NCBI RefSeq assembly: GCF_964355755.1
Contig: NC_092674.1
Location: forward strand, 11,222,001 to 11,286,000
Length of the DNA stretch: 64,000 bases
Source: Antedon mediterranea
Taxonomy: Eukaryota; Animalia; Echinodermata
Direction of reading: 5' to 3'
Part shown: one piece after another, positions 26,875 through 38,829 of the stretch
How positions within the stretch are numbered: the stretch's first letter is position 1
Layout: each line of letters starts with the position of its first letter
Notes under the pieces: generated by a model
What the model was told of the DNA's origin: nothing
Database searches by the model: none
Seen by the model: only the letters and a program-made list of their open reading frames with translations
Translations under genes and position numbers: made by a program

Positions 26875-27004
26875 GCCAGGGTACCCACCAGGGGTGGAAA
26901 GAGGCGGATATCAGTGAAATGTATTGCCTAAGGACACGGGCAATGCGACGAGCATTGGATTCAAACCCACGATCTCACAATCAATACAATGCGCCACATG
27001 CTCT
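26875..27004 (-). mobile_element. Truncated tRNA-derived CORE-type SINE
   Basis: Minus strand GAGCATGTGGCGCA.., B-box GGTTTGAATCC, then GTGTCCTTAGGCAATACATTT..GCCTCTTTCCACCC..GGGTACC; same family as 62942-63225. Confidence 0.7.
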
Positions 27005-27061
27005 CAAGTCTACTTTATGAAGTTTACAAATAAAATAGGTTTCCAATGATGTCTCAAACTT

Positions 27062-27341
27062 TGATGATGATATAAATGATGATTTAATGATGATTGGATG
27101 ATAATGATGCTGATGATGATAATGATGCTGATGATGATGATGCTGGTGATGATGATGATGCTGGTGATGATAATGATGCTGATGATGATAATGATGATGA
27201 CGATGGTGATGATGGTAATGATAATGGTGATGATGTTAATGATAATGGTGATGATAATAATGTTGATGATGATAATGTTGTTAATAATGATGTTGATGAT
27301 AATGTTGATAATAATGATGTTGATGATAGTGATAATAATGT
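27062..27341. repeat. Imperfect (GAT)n microsatellite
   Basis: GAT/AAT/GCT/GGT/GTT triplets; explains ORFs at 27010-27445. Confidence 0.97.
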
Positions 27342-28508
27342 CTGAGGAAGAAGAATTATATTCTAGTAATTTACACATAAAACAATGCATATACAGTATT
27401 GCTATTCTCTTCTTCTTCCTAGGAGGTGGTTATTATTATTATTAGTGGTCAGTGACTGTTGCGTGTATGGCTATGTGAACTTAACACGTAATCTGGGTTT
27501 ATGATTTCCATCTCAAGTGTCCTCTATGAAGTTTACAAATAAAAAAAGCTTTCTAATGATGAATATGTCTCAAACTTTGATTATGTGCAGTTTAAATTTA
27601 AATGAAAATTATTAATACATTCTATGTGTTGAAGGCTTTGATTATTTAATTTCTATAATACCAAACCCACACAAATACATTTACATATGGGTATCCATTA
27701 TCGTTTGGAATTAAGGTTTTCAATAAAAGTATAATCCTCAGTTAACATTAATCGAAGAATAACAAAAGCTACATTACACTGGTTAGAATTAACACGCTTA
27801 AGCTGATCCGAATCATGTACCTCTGATGTAACTATGATATAACTCTGATGTACCTTGATATAACTCTGATAGTTTTCAGAGCTGTACAGCCAATATAACT
27901 CTAGTTTCAGAAGTACAGTTTTCAGCAGATCATATTTAACAAACGCTTCCTAACAAAGTTAACATATATTGGACGTAGTCAAACCACAATGTAAGTTTGA
28001 TAAAGAACGTGTAACCATAGCCTAAATATGACTTATTAATTATATCAAGTCAAGTTATATCAATGTTAAATATAATGTATTGATTTAACTAATTTCCCAT
28101 TAACAAGGTAAAGTTTAAGCTAAATCTTTTTCCTAGTAATCAAAAAACTTCACATACAGTTAGTGCATTAAAGCATAACAGTAACACATTATTTATTCAA
28201 CGATTCATGTAAACCTGAAACTAAAACATATTTTATGTTGTTTCAATTTTTGACATCAGTGAGTTCATTTTTGTTTTATCACCCGCAATACTCCCAGGGA
28301 ATCATTGAAATATATGGAAATTACATATGATTTTGGTAGAAACTCGCAGGCAATTATTATAAAATATATGTTTGAAATGTCCAAAAGAATGTTAATATTA
28401 TATTCAAGTATATTTTCGAGTCAAGTGGCCAAGCGAACAATACAATCAGCACAAGGTCTTCCTCAACCATTCTGGTGGTAGAACAAGTCTTCTCGGATAA
28501 TTACTTAA

Positions 28509-28639
28509 AGAAACCTTCCCTACAATTTGTGACGCTTTATATCGACTTATTTTTCACATTTTTAACCATTTAAAGACGAAAAAAGTTAAATATAGTTTGT
28601 GATCTTAAAATAGATCTAAAAAACGTAGGGAAGGTGTCT
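28509..28639. mobile_element. Internally deleted, inverted copy of Kolobok-like MITE family B (131 bp)
   Basis: TTAA at 28505-08 and 28640-43; reverse complement matches the start of 12772/31969 (CCTTCCCTACGTTTTTTAGATCTA..AAGATCACAAACTATATTTAA). Confidence 0.88.
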
Positions 28640-28736
28640 TTAAAACTGGAGGTCCAGTGTACACATCTGGCTTGTGTGAAGTGCATCTTTTGAAATAGAT
28701 GTTACCTTTTCCATCTCAGCCCCCGTCGTTTGTGGG

Positions 28737-30278
28737 GGATATGACCGGTTGGGCCGCCGACAAGTTGAGCCGCCGGTGATTTCTATGAAACGCCCAGTGC
28801 ATGCATCTTTTACGACATTTCGCGTAGTGATTAGGATGGTGTCCTAGTACATAAGTTCATGGTCTTGGTTTATTGTGTCATAAAAATAAATAATATATAA
28901 TTACATAGGCCTATTACAATTAACACAGCAAATGAAAGTAGTAATATTTAATAATTTAATTGTTTTTAATCTTTCGAGGAAAAAATTCAGTGCACTCATA
29001 ATTTTCCTCGCGTGTAGGCCTACCACGTAAAGTCACGTTGTCTCTCAGCACTAATTAATAGAGTATTAACATTCTTCGAATGAGGTTTAATAAATATTAT
29101 TTTTTATTTACTAATCTTTTAATATCATATTTTATTGAATTTTAAAATGTTAAAACCCAAAATATTTTACTAAAAAACGTGATTTTATGTAATTATTTTA
29201 CCGAAAAATGGAGTAGGCCTAGTTCATACATCTGCCGACTGTGAGGGGCAACATGTTTACGTCATTTTTGGCTAAAAACGATCACTTTCGGTGATGTTTT
29301 ATATTTTGGAATCTACAAGCCAGATTTTCATAATTATTTCTTTAATTATAATATTTAATAATATATATACTAAAAACCATGATATACAGTCGACTCCGCC
29401 CAAGTCGAATCTAATGGGACCGGTATAAAAATTCGAGTTACGCGAACTTCGACTTACAGATTTCCCAAAAAAATGCTAGGCCTAGGCTCACTCACTAGCT
29501 GCGCTATGGTATTAGTAGTAGTGGACCCTGCCCTGTCGCGATCGCGGCCCACGCGATGAGCCTTCTTGAATTGAATTTGCTTAGCTAGGCCTAATAAATG
29601 CTAAGCCTCTTTATCGACAATGATGAACTGTATTTTCCCGAAACAATACAAAAACGTATAATAAATACATTTCGGTTCTTATTCGAAATCGGTATCTATT
29701 GTTTATTGCCATCTGTCTAGCACAAAATAGGTACCCACAAAACGCCGCTCAAGTTCTCAACTCTGAAACAACTCATACACTATACACTAGCGCGAGTTGT
29801 AGGACGCCGCCTATACTATACAACCTGCTTGAGAGAACCGATATGGTCCCACATTTTCCCCTCTGTTGTTTGTTTATCGAATTACGTACGTTTCATCGGC
29901 TTTTTTTTCGCGTTGTTGCCGCGTAATTTGTGACTTCGACTTATACGATATAAATCACTAAAGAATGTGTGTATTCGGACCGCAAAAAGACGTCGACTTA
30001 GACGAATTTCGACTTAGAAAAATTCGACTTAGAAATAAAAATTACACAGTAATGTATAGGAAAGAATTGGGACTTTCCTAAAAATTCGACTTTCGCGATT
30101 TTTCGACTTACGCGAATTCGACTTAGGCGGAGTCGACTGTATAAACGTTTGAATGTACATCGTTATCCCTAATATAAATTGAACGAGCATCAGCAAAAGT
30201 TAGCATTTGGCGTTCCATAGAAAATAACTTTTTTCTGGCGGCGGCTCAACTTGTCGGCGGCTCAACTTGGCCTAATCC
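28737..30278. mobile_element. MULE/Mutator-like non-autonomous element
   Basis: ~38-bp imperfect TIRs GGATATGACCGGTTGGGCCGCCGACAAGTTGAGCCGCC / GGCGGCTCAACTTGTCGGCGGCTCAACTTGGCCTAATCC; 9-bp flanks GTTTGTGGG (28728-36) and GTTTGTGGT (30279-87). Confidence 0.75.
29387..30139. mobile_element. Tc1/pogo-like MITE (~753 bp)
   Basis: TA TSD; 24-bp TIRs CAGTCGACTCCGCC(C/T)AAGTCGAAT with one mismatch; repeated TTCGACTTA subterminal motifs. Confidence 0.92.
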
Positions 30279-30437
30279 GTTTGTGGTTGGGGCTGCACTG
30301 TGGCTGCCGTATGGGTCAGTAAAAAACCCAATCCAAATTTCCTCAACTGAATATTATCATACAAACAAAATATAAATTCTAAAATGATATTTTTCTTTAA
30401 TATTATTTACAGTAATATTAGTCACGTAAAAGTGTAA

Positions 30438-30705
30438 AGCCTGGTTTCCATTAAAATCGCTACAGCGTTTCCATTACAATCGCTACACGCGCAGATGTTG
30501 CCGACGCAATTGGGAAGGCTCCCCGATTCATCAAAGTCAAATCAGCAAAGTTCAACCATGTTCAACTTTGCCGATTTTGTCGGCGATGAATCGTATACGC
30601 ATACCAAAGGATATTTAGCGCTCGCGTACTAGATCCCCGATAAATTCTAGCGTTTCCATAGAATCGCTACGCTCTGTCGTGTAGCGATTTTATGGAAACT
30701 AGACT
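30438..30705. mobile_element. Palindromic PIF/Harbinger (Tourist-like) MITE
   Basis: TAA on both sides; TIRs AGCCTGGTTTCCATTAAAATCGCTAC / GTAGCGATTTTATGGAAACTAGACT; central hairpin AATCAGCAAAGTT..AACTTTGCCGATT. Confidence 0.8.
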
Positions 30706-31968
30706 TAAAATAGTTTAATTTTGTTTTGTATGTCCAGAATTATTTGAAATGTCTGTTTGAAATTTGAATTGTATAGCTTTTGAAAACATGAACAATGGTA
30801 GAACTGTAAAAAGCATTCAAAAGAATATAGAAAAAACAGCAAAATGAAATTTGAGTCTAAGTGGACCGTGACGCAAACTTAACCCGATAAGTACAAACAT
30901 TATTTGGGAAGGGAATTTCCAAACTACGAATTAGCCATCGCTTCAGTGCTTTTCCTAATGAAGAATTTAGTAAAGGTATTTAGACTGCCTTGAATTTCAA
31001 GTCCTTTGGTCCACTCTAGTTACCTAATAGTTTGCTTATATTCACTGGCAATTAAACTTAGTTATCTCCCCTTGTTCCCAGCTAAGCCTAGATCAGTTCG
31101 ACACAGCAGATATCTGTCAGTTCAAATCACCTAATACCGCCTTCTATTTCATTGCGAACTGACCTCAAACAGCAGGCCTACTGTGCCAAGCTGCCATGCC
31201 TCATAGCATAAACGCTTTCCTCATAGAACCAGCCTAGTTACACACCAGAGTTTCACATATCATTCTGAATCTCACTTACTACCTTAAAAACAATTCACGT
31301 TTTAAATTCGTGCAGTGCCAAACAGTTATACCCAATTGTGAATCTCTCTATTTCTGCTTGTGGAATATTATTAATGTAGTACTGTTTCCAATCTTAAAAG
31401 TATGTGATGCTATAGAACGCTTAAAGGAACGCTTTATTTAATATCCCTTAGTCGTAGATTGCAATTATAAGATATGTATAAATGATCTATTAATAGACAG
31501 ACAGTGGAACTTAAATTCCACTCTCTATATCTTATCTTGACCATCAAAAGTGTTTCAGTGCAAAATTCCGTTTAACAATTTGTTGTTGTCTTAGTCTGGA
31601 TGTTCAAATTCATTAACCAAAAGCACTGGTATTTATAAATCAATGCTATGTTTATATATATTATTATATATATTTATTATTATATATTCTTAATTGTAGT
31701 AAAATGATAAACATGGAATGTTATTATTGAACATTATAAATAATTATTAATTATTATTTATTAGCAGCCATTTTATCCTGTAAAACATGGTTATGGGATT
31801 ATTGTGAAAGAGCTTTATAGCACAAGCAAGAATCACTGAGCAAAAGTGCATGTACTGTAACATAGTGAGCATAGTTTTCACACATTTTATACAAATTTTA
31901 TACATTTGATCATTTCACAAAATTACCAGCACATTTTTTTATAGGCCCTACCATATTATTATAATTAA

Positions 31969-32595
31969 AGCCCCATTCCCTACGTTTTTTAGATCTAATT
32001 TAAGATCACAAACTATATTTAATGTAAAAATAATACTATATGGTCCTATTGCGATAACTTTTTTCGTCTTTAAAACGGTTAAAAATGTGAAAAATAAGTT
32101 GATTCTAATAATTATAGCGGCCCGCTATAAATCCCAAAATGCATTGCGCGCGGATTGATATTTTTGTTTTTCACCTGTAATTCGCCCACTTTTCGATCGA
32201 TCGTGAGGCCAAAACAAATGGAAGACTCCTAACTTTTCAGCGAAAATACCGGGTTTTCCCCAATTTGTATCAACGGAGTCTGGCAAAAATAGAAAGACAA
32301 TTAATGCAGCAACTATACAACGTCAGGCTAGGTATATAGCTCGCGTACGATGTTCGTACGTTACCGATGTTTACCAGCTAGGCCTACAAAACTAAGCCTA
32401 GCTAGGCTAGGCCTAAGACCGTCCACGAGAGGTCGATCGCCGCGAGCTACTTAGGTAGTGCATTGTTTCTCACTTTTTATCATAATTTACCATAAAACGT
32501 ACATTTAAGACAAGGAATGACATGGTTTAATGTTTTTAAAGTGATATATATGTATTATTTTCCAAAAAACGTCCAAAATTGCAGGGAAGGGGTCT
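31969..32595. mobile_element. Kolobok-like MITE, family B, copy 2 (~627 bp)
   Basis: TTAA at 31965-68 and 32596-99; termini AGCCCCATTCCCTAC / GCAGGGAAGGGGTCT; only scattered differences from copy 1. Confidence 0.92.
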
Positions 32596-33556
32596 TTAAT
32601 CTTTATTGTTATATTAATGTAGTGGTAAAGTATTATTCTACACACCCATCAACTTGTCCAATCATATAAATTGAAAGAAATATAAAATATACACACACAA
32701 ACATGCTAATTTTTTAACACTAGCCTACTAGATATTAAAGGAAACTTAATGGCTTTCCCAAACACTTCTCAGCTAGTTGACAAGCTAAAAAATGCCTTCA
32801 TATCTGCTAGCCTAAAGAGAATGAATGAATACTAAATATGGTATACAAAAAAAAAATCATAAAAAACCCAATACAATTTTAGGCCATGAACACATATACT
32901 GTAAACTCTCTAAAGGATTTACTTTTTTTCCTAGACCTAGAAAAAGTAAAGAGAGCAGCGGGATTTTTACTTTAAAAATTGCATGATATGGGCTTGTAAT
33001 AATTAGAGTCCAGTGATACGATTGAAGATGGCGAAGATGACAATTATTGACTTCTGCTTCTCCCTAACCTTCAGGTATATCTACTCATCAGTGATACTGA
33101 AACAAACCTAATAAGAATTATGGGAAATCAATGATAATACACAAATTGATTGTATGACAATTAAACATGGATGCATAAACAACCGATCTGTAATACAAAA
33201 ATAGCTTCATTTATGAGGTCAAAGTTGAAACTTGACATTATTTTGGTGATCAGTGCATGTTTTAATCCTAGTTGAAATGCAGAAATACTAAATCAAACTG
33301 TCACATTATTTATTTTCTTACTTGAATTGAAAAAAATAAATAATTGCATGGCAGACTTTTGTGGAACTGTATAATTTAAAAGACCATTACATCTTGTCAC
33401 TGTGAGCAATATGAACAACCACACAAAGTGGAGTAATCATTTAGGAAAACATCCAACAGACACATGCAATACAAAAGAAATAAAATATAATGTTTGATTA
33501 ATCATCCTCACTGTCTATTACTATCTGTCTTCCATTTTGTATTGTGCACATATATT

Positions 33557-33988
33557 TTCAAATTAATAAATTAAATTTCAGTATATCACCGGGCGGTTTA
33601 GAATTAATGTTCATTGCCTGATGTGTCTATAAAAGTATCTCTTCGGAGATCCCGCCTCGTGAATAAAAATACTGAAAGATGAGGGCGTATCAATTTGATC
33701 TCTAGTCCGCGTGCGTACAACTGATGACTAGTGCTGTTCCGCCGTATCTCACCGAGAATGTTAAAGAGTCACTATCCAATCGAGTTTGAACAATACCATG
33801 AAAGCCCCAGTGGTATAATGGTTAGGACATCTGCATATCAAGCAGGCGGTCCGAGTTCGAGTCTCGGTTGGGGCGACTTTTTCTCATTCTCACAGATTTC
33901 ATCATCTTTATCGTTTCAAATTAATTAATTAAATTTCAGTATATCACCGGGCGGTTTAGAATTAATGTTCACTGCCTGATATGTTTAT
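33557..33988 (+). mobile_element. Element with ~75-bp direct terminal repeats enclosing a tRNA-like gene
   Basis: TTTCAAATTAAT.AATTAAATTTCAGTATATCACCGGGCGGTTTAGAATTAATGTTCA.TGCCTGAT.TGT.TATA at 33557-33631 and 33914-33988; ends in (TA)n. Confidence 0.8.
33804..33875 (+). tRNA. tRNA-like gene, anticodon ATC (nominally Asp); probably element-borne rather than a translational tRNA
   Basis: Acceptor GCCCCAG/TTGGGGC, A-box TGGTATAATGG, anticodon arm TCTGC-ATATCAA-GCAGG, T arm CCGAG-TTCGAGT-CTCGG, TTTTT just downstream. One D-stem mismatch and an atypical A at position 32. Confidence 0.7.
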
Positions 33989-35624
33989 ATATATATATAA
34001 GAATCAGTAGAATCCATCTATTTGAACACCTCTATTTAGGGGCCACTCTTTATAAGGGACACAGCCTATTGAGGTGGCATACTTTATTAAGGGACATTTT
34101 CCCTTGAAATTAATAAAGGGCAATAATTATATTATACCTAACAGTACTATAGAAACTTCTATGCTAATTAAGTGGATATTTGTGCTCTAAATAAGTGGAT
34201 ACTTGTTGGGTTCCAAATGTGTGATGAGTTCTACTGTACGACTGTAAAAATTATTGTTTTGGTAGGGTTTTCTATTACAGTTTGTTATAGAGTTGACTGT
34301 AGTATAGAGTGATAAATACAGTATGTAAATTGGGGCTTGTTTTAATACAGTGCGCTCTCTAACATGATTCAGACTTGATGCAAACAAATGGTAGAGTAAA
34401 TATTCAATGTAGGCCTATTTGTAAAGCATAAATCAATAGTATTTTGATTTTAAGTAGTTAAATGTCCTACCAATCATAACTGGTATCTCTACACAGACAA
34501 AAGCCTGTGGACTATTATTACATTTTTGCTCTGAAAATGAATGAATGCATTTTTGTGAGTAGTGGAATATGGAATAAATGCCTATAGGGTCCATAATACA
34601 GGTGTATAAGTGAGGAAAAGGATGCAGATTACAAGATAGACAAGCTGGAAAGGAGGCTAGCCAAACCACATGGGAGCTAATGTATAGTTTTATTGCAAAG
34701 CTGTTCAAATTTGTTGTACATGTTTTATATAACAACACCAAACTGCAAAGTGGTTAAGTTAGTGGTTAAATGTTCTAAACAGGTGTGGAACATCTCAGAC
34801 AAGGTGAATCAAAATGGGAAGTTTGAATATAGTATAAACAAGGGTATTCTGTGGATGGCAAACATTCAGAAAGAAATTAGACTTTTCACATGTGGACCTA
34901 TACAATTATACTTGCTAAAAAACTGAGTGGTGAACACAGGTGAAACGCACACGCAATGTCTAACGACAACTAGCGTTTGAAATGAATATGAATTCTGTGA
35001 ATATAATCCTAATATAAACATAACAACAATATTTAATAAACAATAATAAAATATACAAATTGACAATTATCAATTGGAAAGTTTTAAAGCAATGTTCATT
35101 ATATTCCCGCTGTATCTTGACATTTCAGCAGGTCTGCTTTTACTTTAATGAACAACTTGGATATCTTAAATAGATGTCCTATCTTCTGCATAACTCCACA
35201 CCTCCCCTCTCCCCCTCTAGTAAGTACTAATAATAAGTTTATCTATGTTACAGTTTGCGAGCAGGAAAATCCAACATTTTTAAAGAGGTTCAAAGTAACC
35301 AATTACTGTACATTGTGAAATTTGTCTGTACCTTATCTCCATACTGAAGTGAATAGCAATAATATTTGAATAATTTTGATATCCACTTTAGACTAATTCA
35401 CTTTATAATATTAGCTGTATTATGTATGGCATGTTGGCTAGTGATACTGAGTGAATATGATTAATATTGTGGGTATCTCTTAATGGGCCCATTTCTATTG
35501 AGAGAGAAACAACAGATAAAAACAGCGTTTTTAATAACTATCTGAACTTGCCAATAAAAATGGGTCCTCGCAAAAAACCCCCAAAAACTACAAATAACCA
35601 ATCTTAAAACACATTTTTAACTGT

Positions 35625-35747
35625 TGTGATGTGCCCATATATGGACATGATGATGTCATGTCACTACCATATTTAGGCATATCACTACCACATTTGGGCA
35701 CATCAAAGTTTTTTTGTCAAACTAGTTTTATAGTGTAGACAGAGATT
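35625..35747. mobile_element. Partial MITE, same family as 8955-9099
   Basis: Shared internal repeats and right end. Confidence 0.75.
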
Positions 35748-36779
35748 AAAGCCCTGTTCACCTACAGTAGATGAAAATAGCCAAAAACTGATTTCTAAGA
35801 AAACCGTTCTTTGCAGTTTTTAAATAGAAACAGGCCCTAAAATGAATTATGATCAATCCATTTTAATAACTCCTAACTTCCTTGTAATGAAATACAGACT
35901 TCCTATCTGTGCATGGATGATAAACAATTGTATATTATCTGTTTCTGTTTCCTACTAAAGGATTTTTTTTCCAATTAAAGACCACTTTTTAGGACCATGA
36001 TATTATGATCTTTACCAGTTAGACATCTAAAACGACCAATGACATTTTAGAATTGTGTTTTATGACTACAGAAAAGTGATATCTCATTGAAGGAAATAAT
36101 TAATTTGAAGGCGGCAAACTACAGTACCCTACCAACTTGGTATTTTTAATTATTTTATAAACTGAAATTGCGATAACATATACTGTAAATTTGATTCATA
36201 TTCTTACCAAATTCATGACCATCTTGCTACTGATTATCAATTTGACTCAGTTGTTGTATTTGTTTTTGTAACAGTACTTAGATGTATTTAAATTGTTTGA
36301 TTTAATCATTCATGGTTCATTTTATACCACAGGGATGAGTTAGGGGTCACTGGGGCATCATTCAATACAATGAAAAGTTATAACACTTTATTATGCTAAT
36401 ATAATTGTTGATTTGCATATATTTTGAGGTACAATGACATATTTGCTTAGTATGCAATGTATTTTTATAGTCCTTATTAAAAAAAATTATCTAACAATAT
36501 ATTATAATACATTGTTTCCCCTCCCTACAGTATATTTTGGGGGAAATAAAATATTACACCAGTTTAAGTTGAGCACTTCCTTCCTTGGCAATGCCCACTC
36601 CAAAATACAGGACCCTTTACCATTACTGATAACATTTAATTACCTGTATTTATTTATTTATTTTTTTTTTTTAACCATATTTAATGAGGGTGATCCATCC
36701 AGCTATTGCTGATCATTAGGGACCCTCAGAGGTTCACAAGACAAACATATACACAAGATGCTCTACATAAACAAAGTCT

Positions 36780-36902
36780 TATTACAAGTCTTTGGGAGTG
36801 GAGTTTGGTCCTTAGAAAAAATCCTGACATGTGACTGGACTTAAACCCAGAACCCTTAGAGTGGTAGCCAAGCATCATAACCACCAAGCCACAACTCCAC
36901 TC
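36780..36902 (-). mobile_element. Degenerate tRNA-derived SINE head (similar fragment at ~46308-46400, + strand)
   Basis: Minus strand TGTGGCTTGGTGGTTATGATGCTTG..AAGGGTTCTGGGTTTAAGTCCAG..CAGGATTTTTTCTAAGGACCAA; the 46.3-kb copy has TGTGGCTAGGTAGTT..GGTTCAAATCCAG..CAGGACTTTTCTAATGGCCAA. Confidence 0.6.
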
Positions 36903-37214
36903 ACGTCTTTTAATATAAAAAAATGTTTTATGGTAGAGTTCAGAATTAATTTTAGATATGATCATTTAAAAATTAATTTTAAATATTACCTAGTACCTCA
37001 TGTATTATTAACGAATAGCGAGAATTTAGTTTATTTTTTCTGTAAACAGATATTACCAATACTAAGACAAGCTTTTAAGTATTACGTGGATACAACAGTT
37101 TATGGTGTTTACATAGTGAGCCATCTCTGCAATTATAATGCTCTTTAGAATCTGATGTGTAAGTGACTATATGTGTTCATTCAACAATTTCAATTTCGGG
37201 TTGAAATATATGTG

Positions 37215-37385
37215 GATAGCAGATGAGACATTAAGGTGTTGGTCCTGTGGGCAATATGGCTCATGTACACAATAAAGAATGCAGTTAGGGCCTACACTCG
37301 TCAAAAGAAGAGATGGGGATCATCTCCCAAAAAGACTCCAGAAACAAGCCTAAGGACTGGCCTATCTATTGGTGTCTTACACTAA
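37215..37385 (+). mobile_element. Old Nin/Deu-like SINE core fragment
   Basis: GATGAGACATTAAG..GGTCCTGTG..TAAAGAA..AAGAAGAGATGGGGATCATCTCCC resembles the core of the better copies. Confidence 0.5.
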
Positions 37386-38644
37386 AATATAAATATTTTT
37401 AGTGATTAGTAGCAAATTAAGTTTTCATTAAATACAATATAAAATTATATTAATTTTGTATTTTAAAATATCAATAGAGGCATGGCATGTGATCCTATGT
37501 TATTTAAAATTAAATGAAAAATTATTAGTTTCAGGTTTGGTAATCTATTGCGACTATACCAACATGAGAATTGTACCAGAGTTTAAAATTGCAGTTGCTG
37601 ATATTACCATGATTAGTTATTGTGATGTACCAACATTAAATAAAAAGTAAAACAGGCTAGTTATACATTAACATCTAACAATCACGATGTAATTTTGATG
37701 GACAATTTAATGGTTCTGAATATGACCATTCAAAAAAATAATAGTTAACAAAAGCAGCTATCAAATTTGATGAAGGAGGATACATGATTAAATTGTATTT
37801 TGTTTGGTCTAATGTACAGAATATAAGAACAGTATAGGCCTAGTGTGGTACATTATTATTGGACATTACCATAAGGAAATATCCTCTTCTTAACCTAAGC
37901 CTTAATCACTATTATTATTTCAGGGTCTTTTTGATACTGAATAACAAAAAAATTTTCTTAATAAATTATAATCCTAATTGATATTGTCTTAGCTATTCCA
38001 TCATCAGTAACTTTATCACACTATCCGACGACCTATTGAGGTTATAATTCATAATTAAATTTAAATATTAATATCAATTTGAATGAGAATCAAAGAAACG
38101 GTTTACACTTGAATGGCTCACAAAAAGTAGGTCTTGGTTAATTTGTGTGGTTAATACATTGTGTATAGGTATAGGCTTTCTGTACAGGGAAGTTGTTACT
38201 ATAGTAAACAAAGCTATATATCTACACTGTATTGTGTAGGTAATGCACAGTATAGGCAAGTTGTTTACAAGAGAAAATATAACATATAAACATTAAAATT
38301 AAATATGTACTCTCTACAGTATAGGAAAGTTGTATATTTTTTTCTCTTTTGTGGCGTTAACCACTATTTATTCATTTCATCTTCAACAGGTTAATACCAA
38401 TTATTTCTAATAATAATAATAATAACTAGGAAAGTTGTATATAGAAAATATAGCATATACCATTAACATTATATTCTGTATAGGGATACTGCACATTATA
38501 TACTAGTGCTTCAATACATACAAAAGAAAAATAAAATACTATTTGTTTATTTATTGTAAATAGTAAAACTATATACATGAGTTTTATATCTGAGGAAAAG
38601 ATTACTAGATCATCTCTACAGTTTTATATAAATATATATATATA

Positions 38645-38805
38645 TAAATCCAAAGGCAAATTACTCAAAAAATGACAATGCTGTGGGTATCAGTGGCTGG
38701 ATCTCAATGGAGATACAAAAAAAAAGAAGCGAAAAGCTAAATCAAAACGATAAAGGAAAACAGCCAGAAAAGTTAGCAGAGCTTTCGGGCAACACTAGTG
38801 CAAGT
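38645..38805 (-). mobile_element. Second copy of the hammerhead-bearing element, catalytic core deleted
   Basis: Aligns with 19158-19329 but lacks ~11 nt (CCCTTCATCAG region). Confidence 0.8.
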
Positions 38806-38829
38806 GAAGGAATTGGGATAACGTCATAG

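Larger units (their letters stand above)
28425..30345 (+). mobile_element. Interrupted Nin/Deu-domain SINE hosting nested insertions
   Basis: TCTGGTGGTAGAACAAGTCTTCTCGGATAA | insertion | GAGGTCCAGTGTACAC matches copies at 38831 and 48688; outer boundaries approximate, and the continuation after 30287 is tentative. Confidence 0.65.

Noticed and set aside
27010-27445. Poly-Asp, poly-Met and poly-Ile ORFs
   Set aside because: Same microsatellite artefact.
33721-33760. CTGATGA as a hammerhead core in the tRNA-bearing element
   Set aside because: No stem II followed by GAAA; the same applies to CTGATGA at 1801, 8266 and 59221.
33731-33928. 65-aa ORF
   Set aside because: Simply reads through the tRNA-like sequence.
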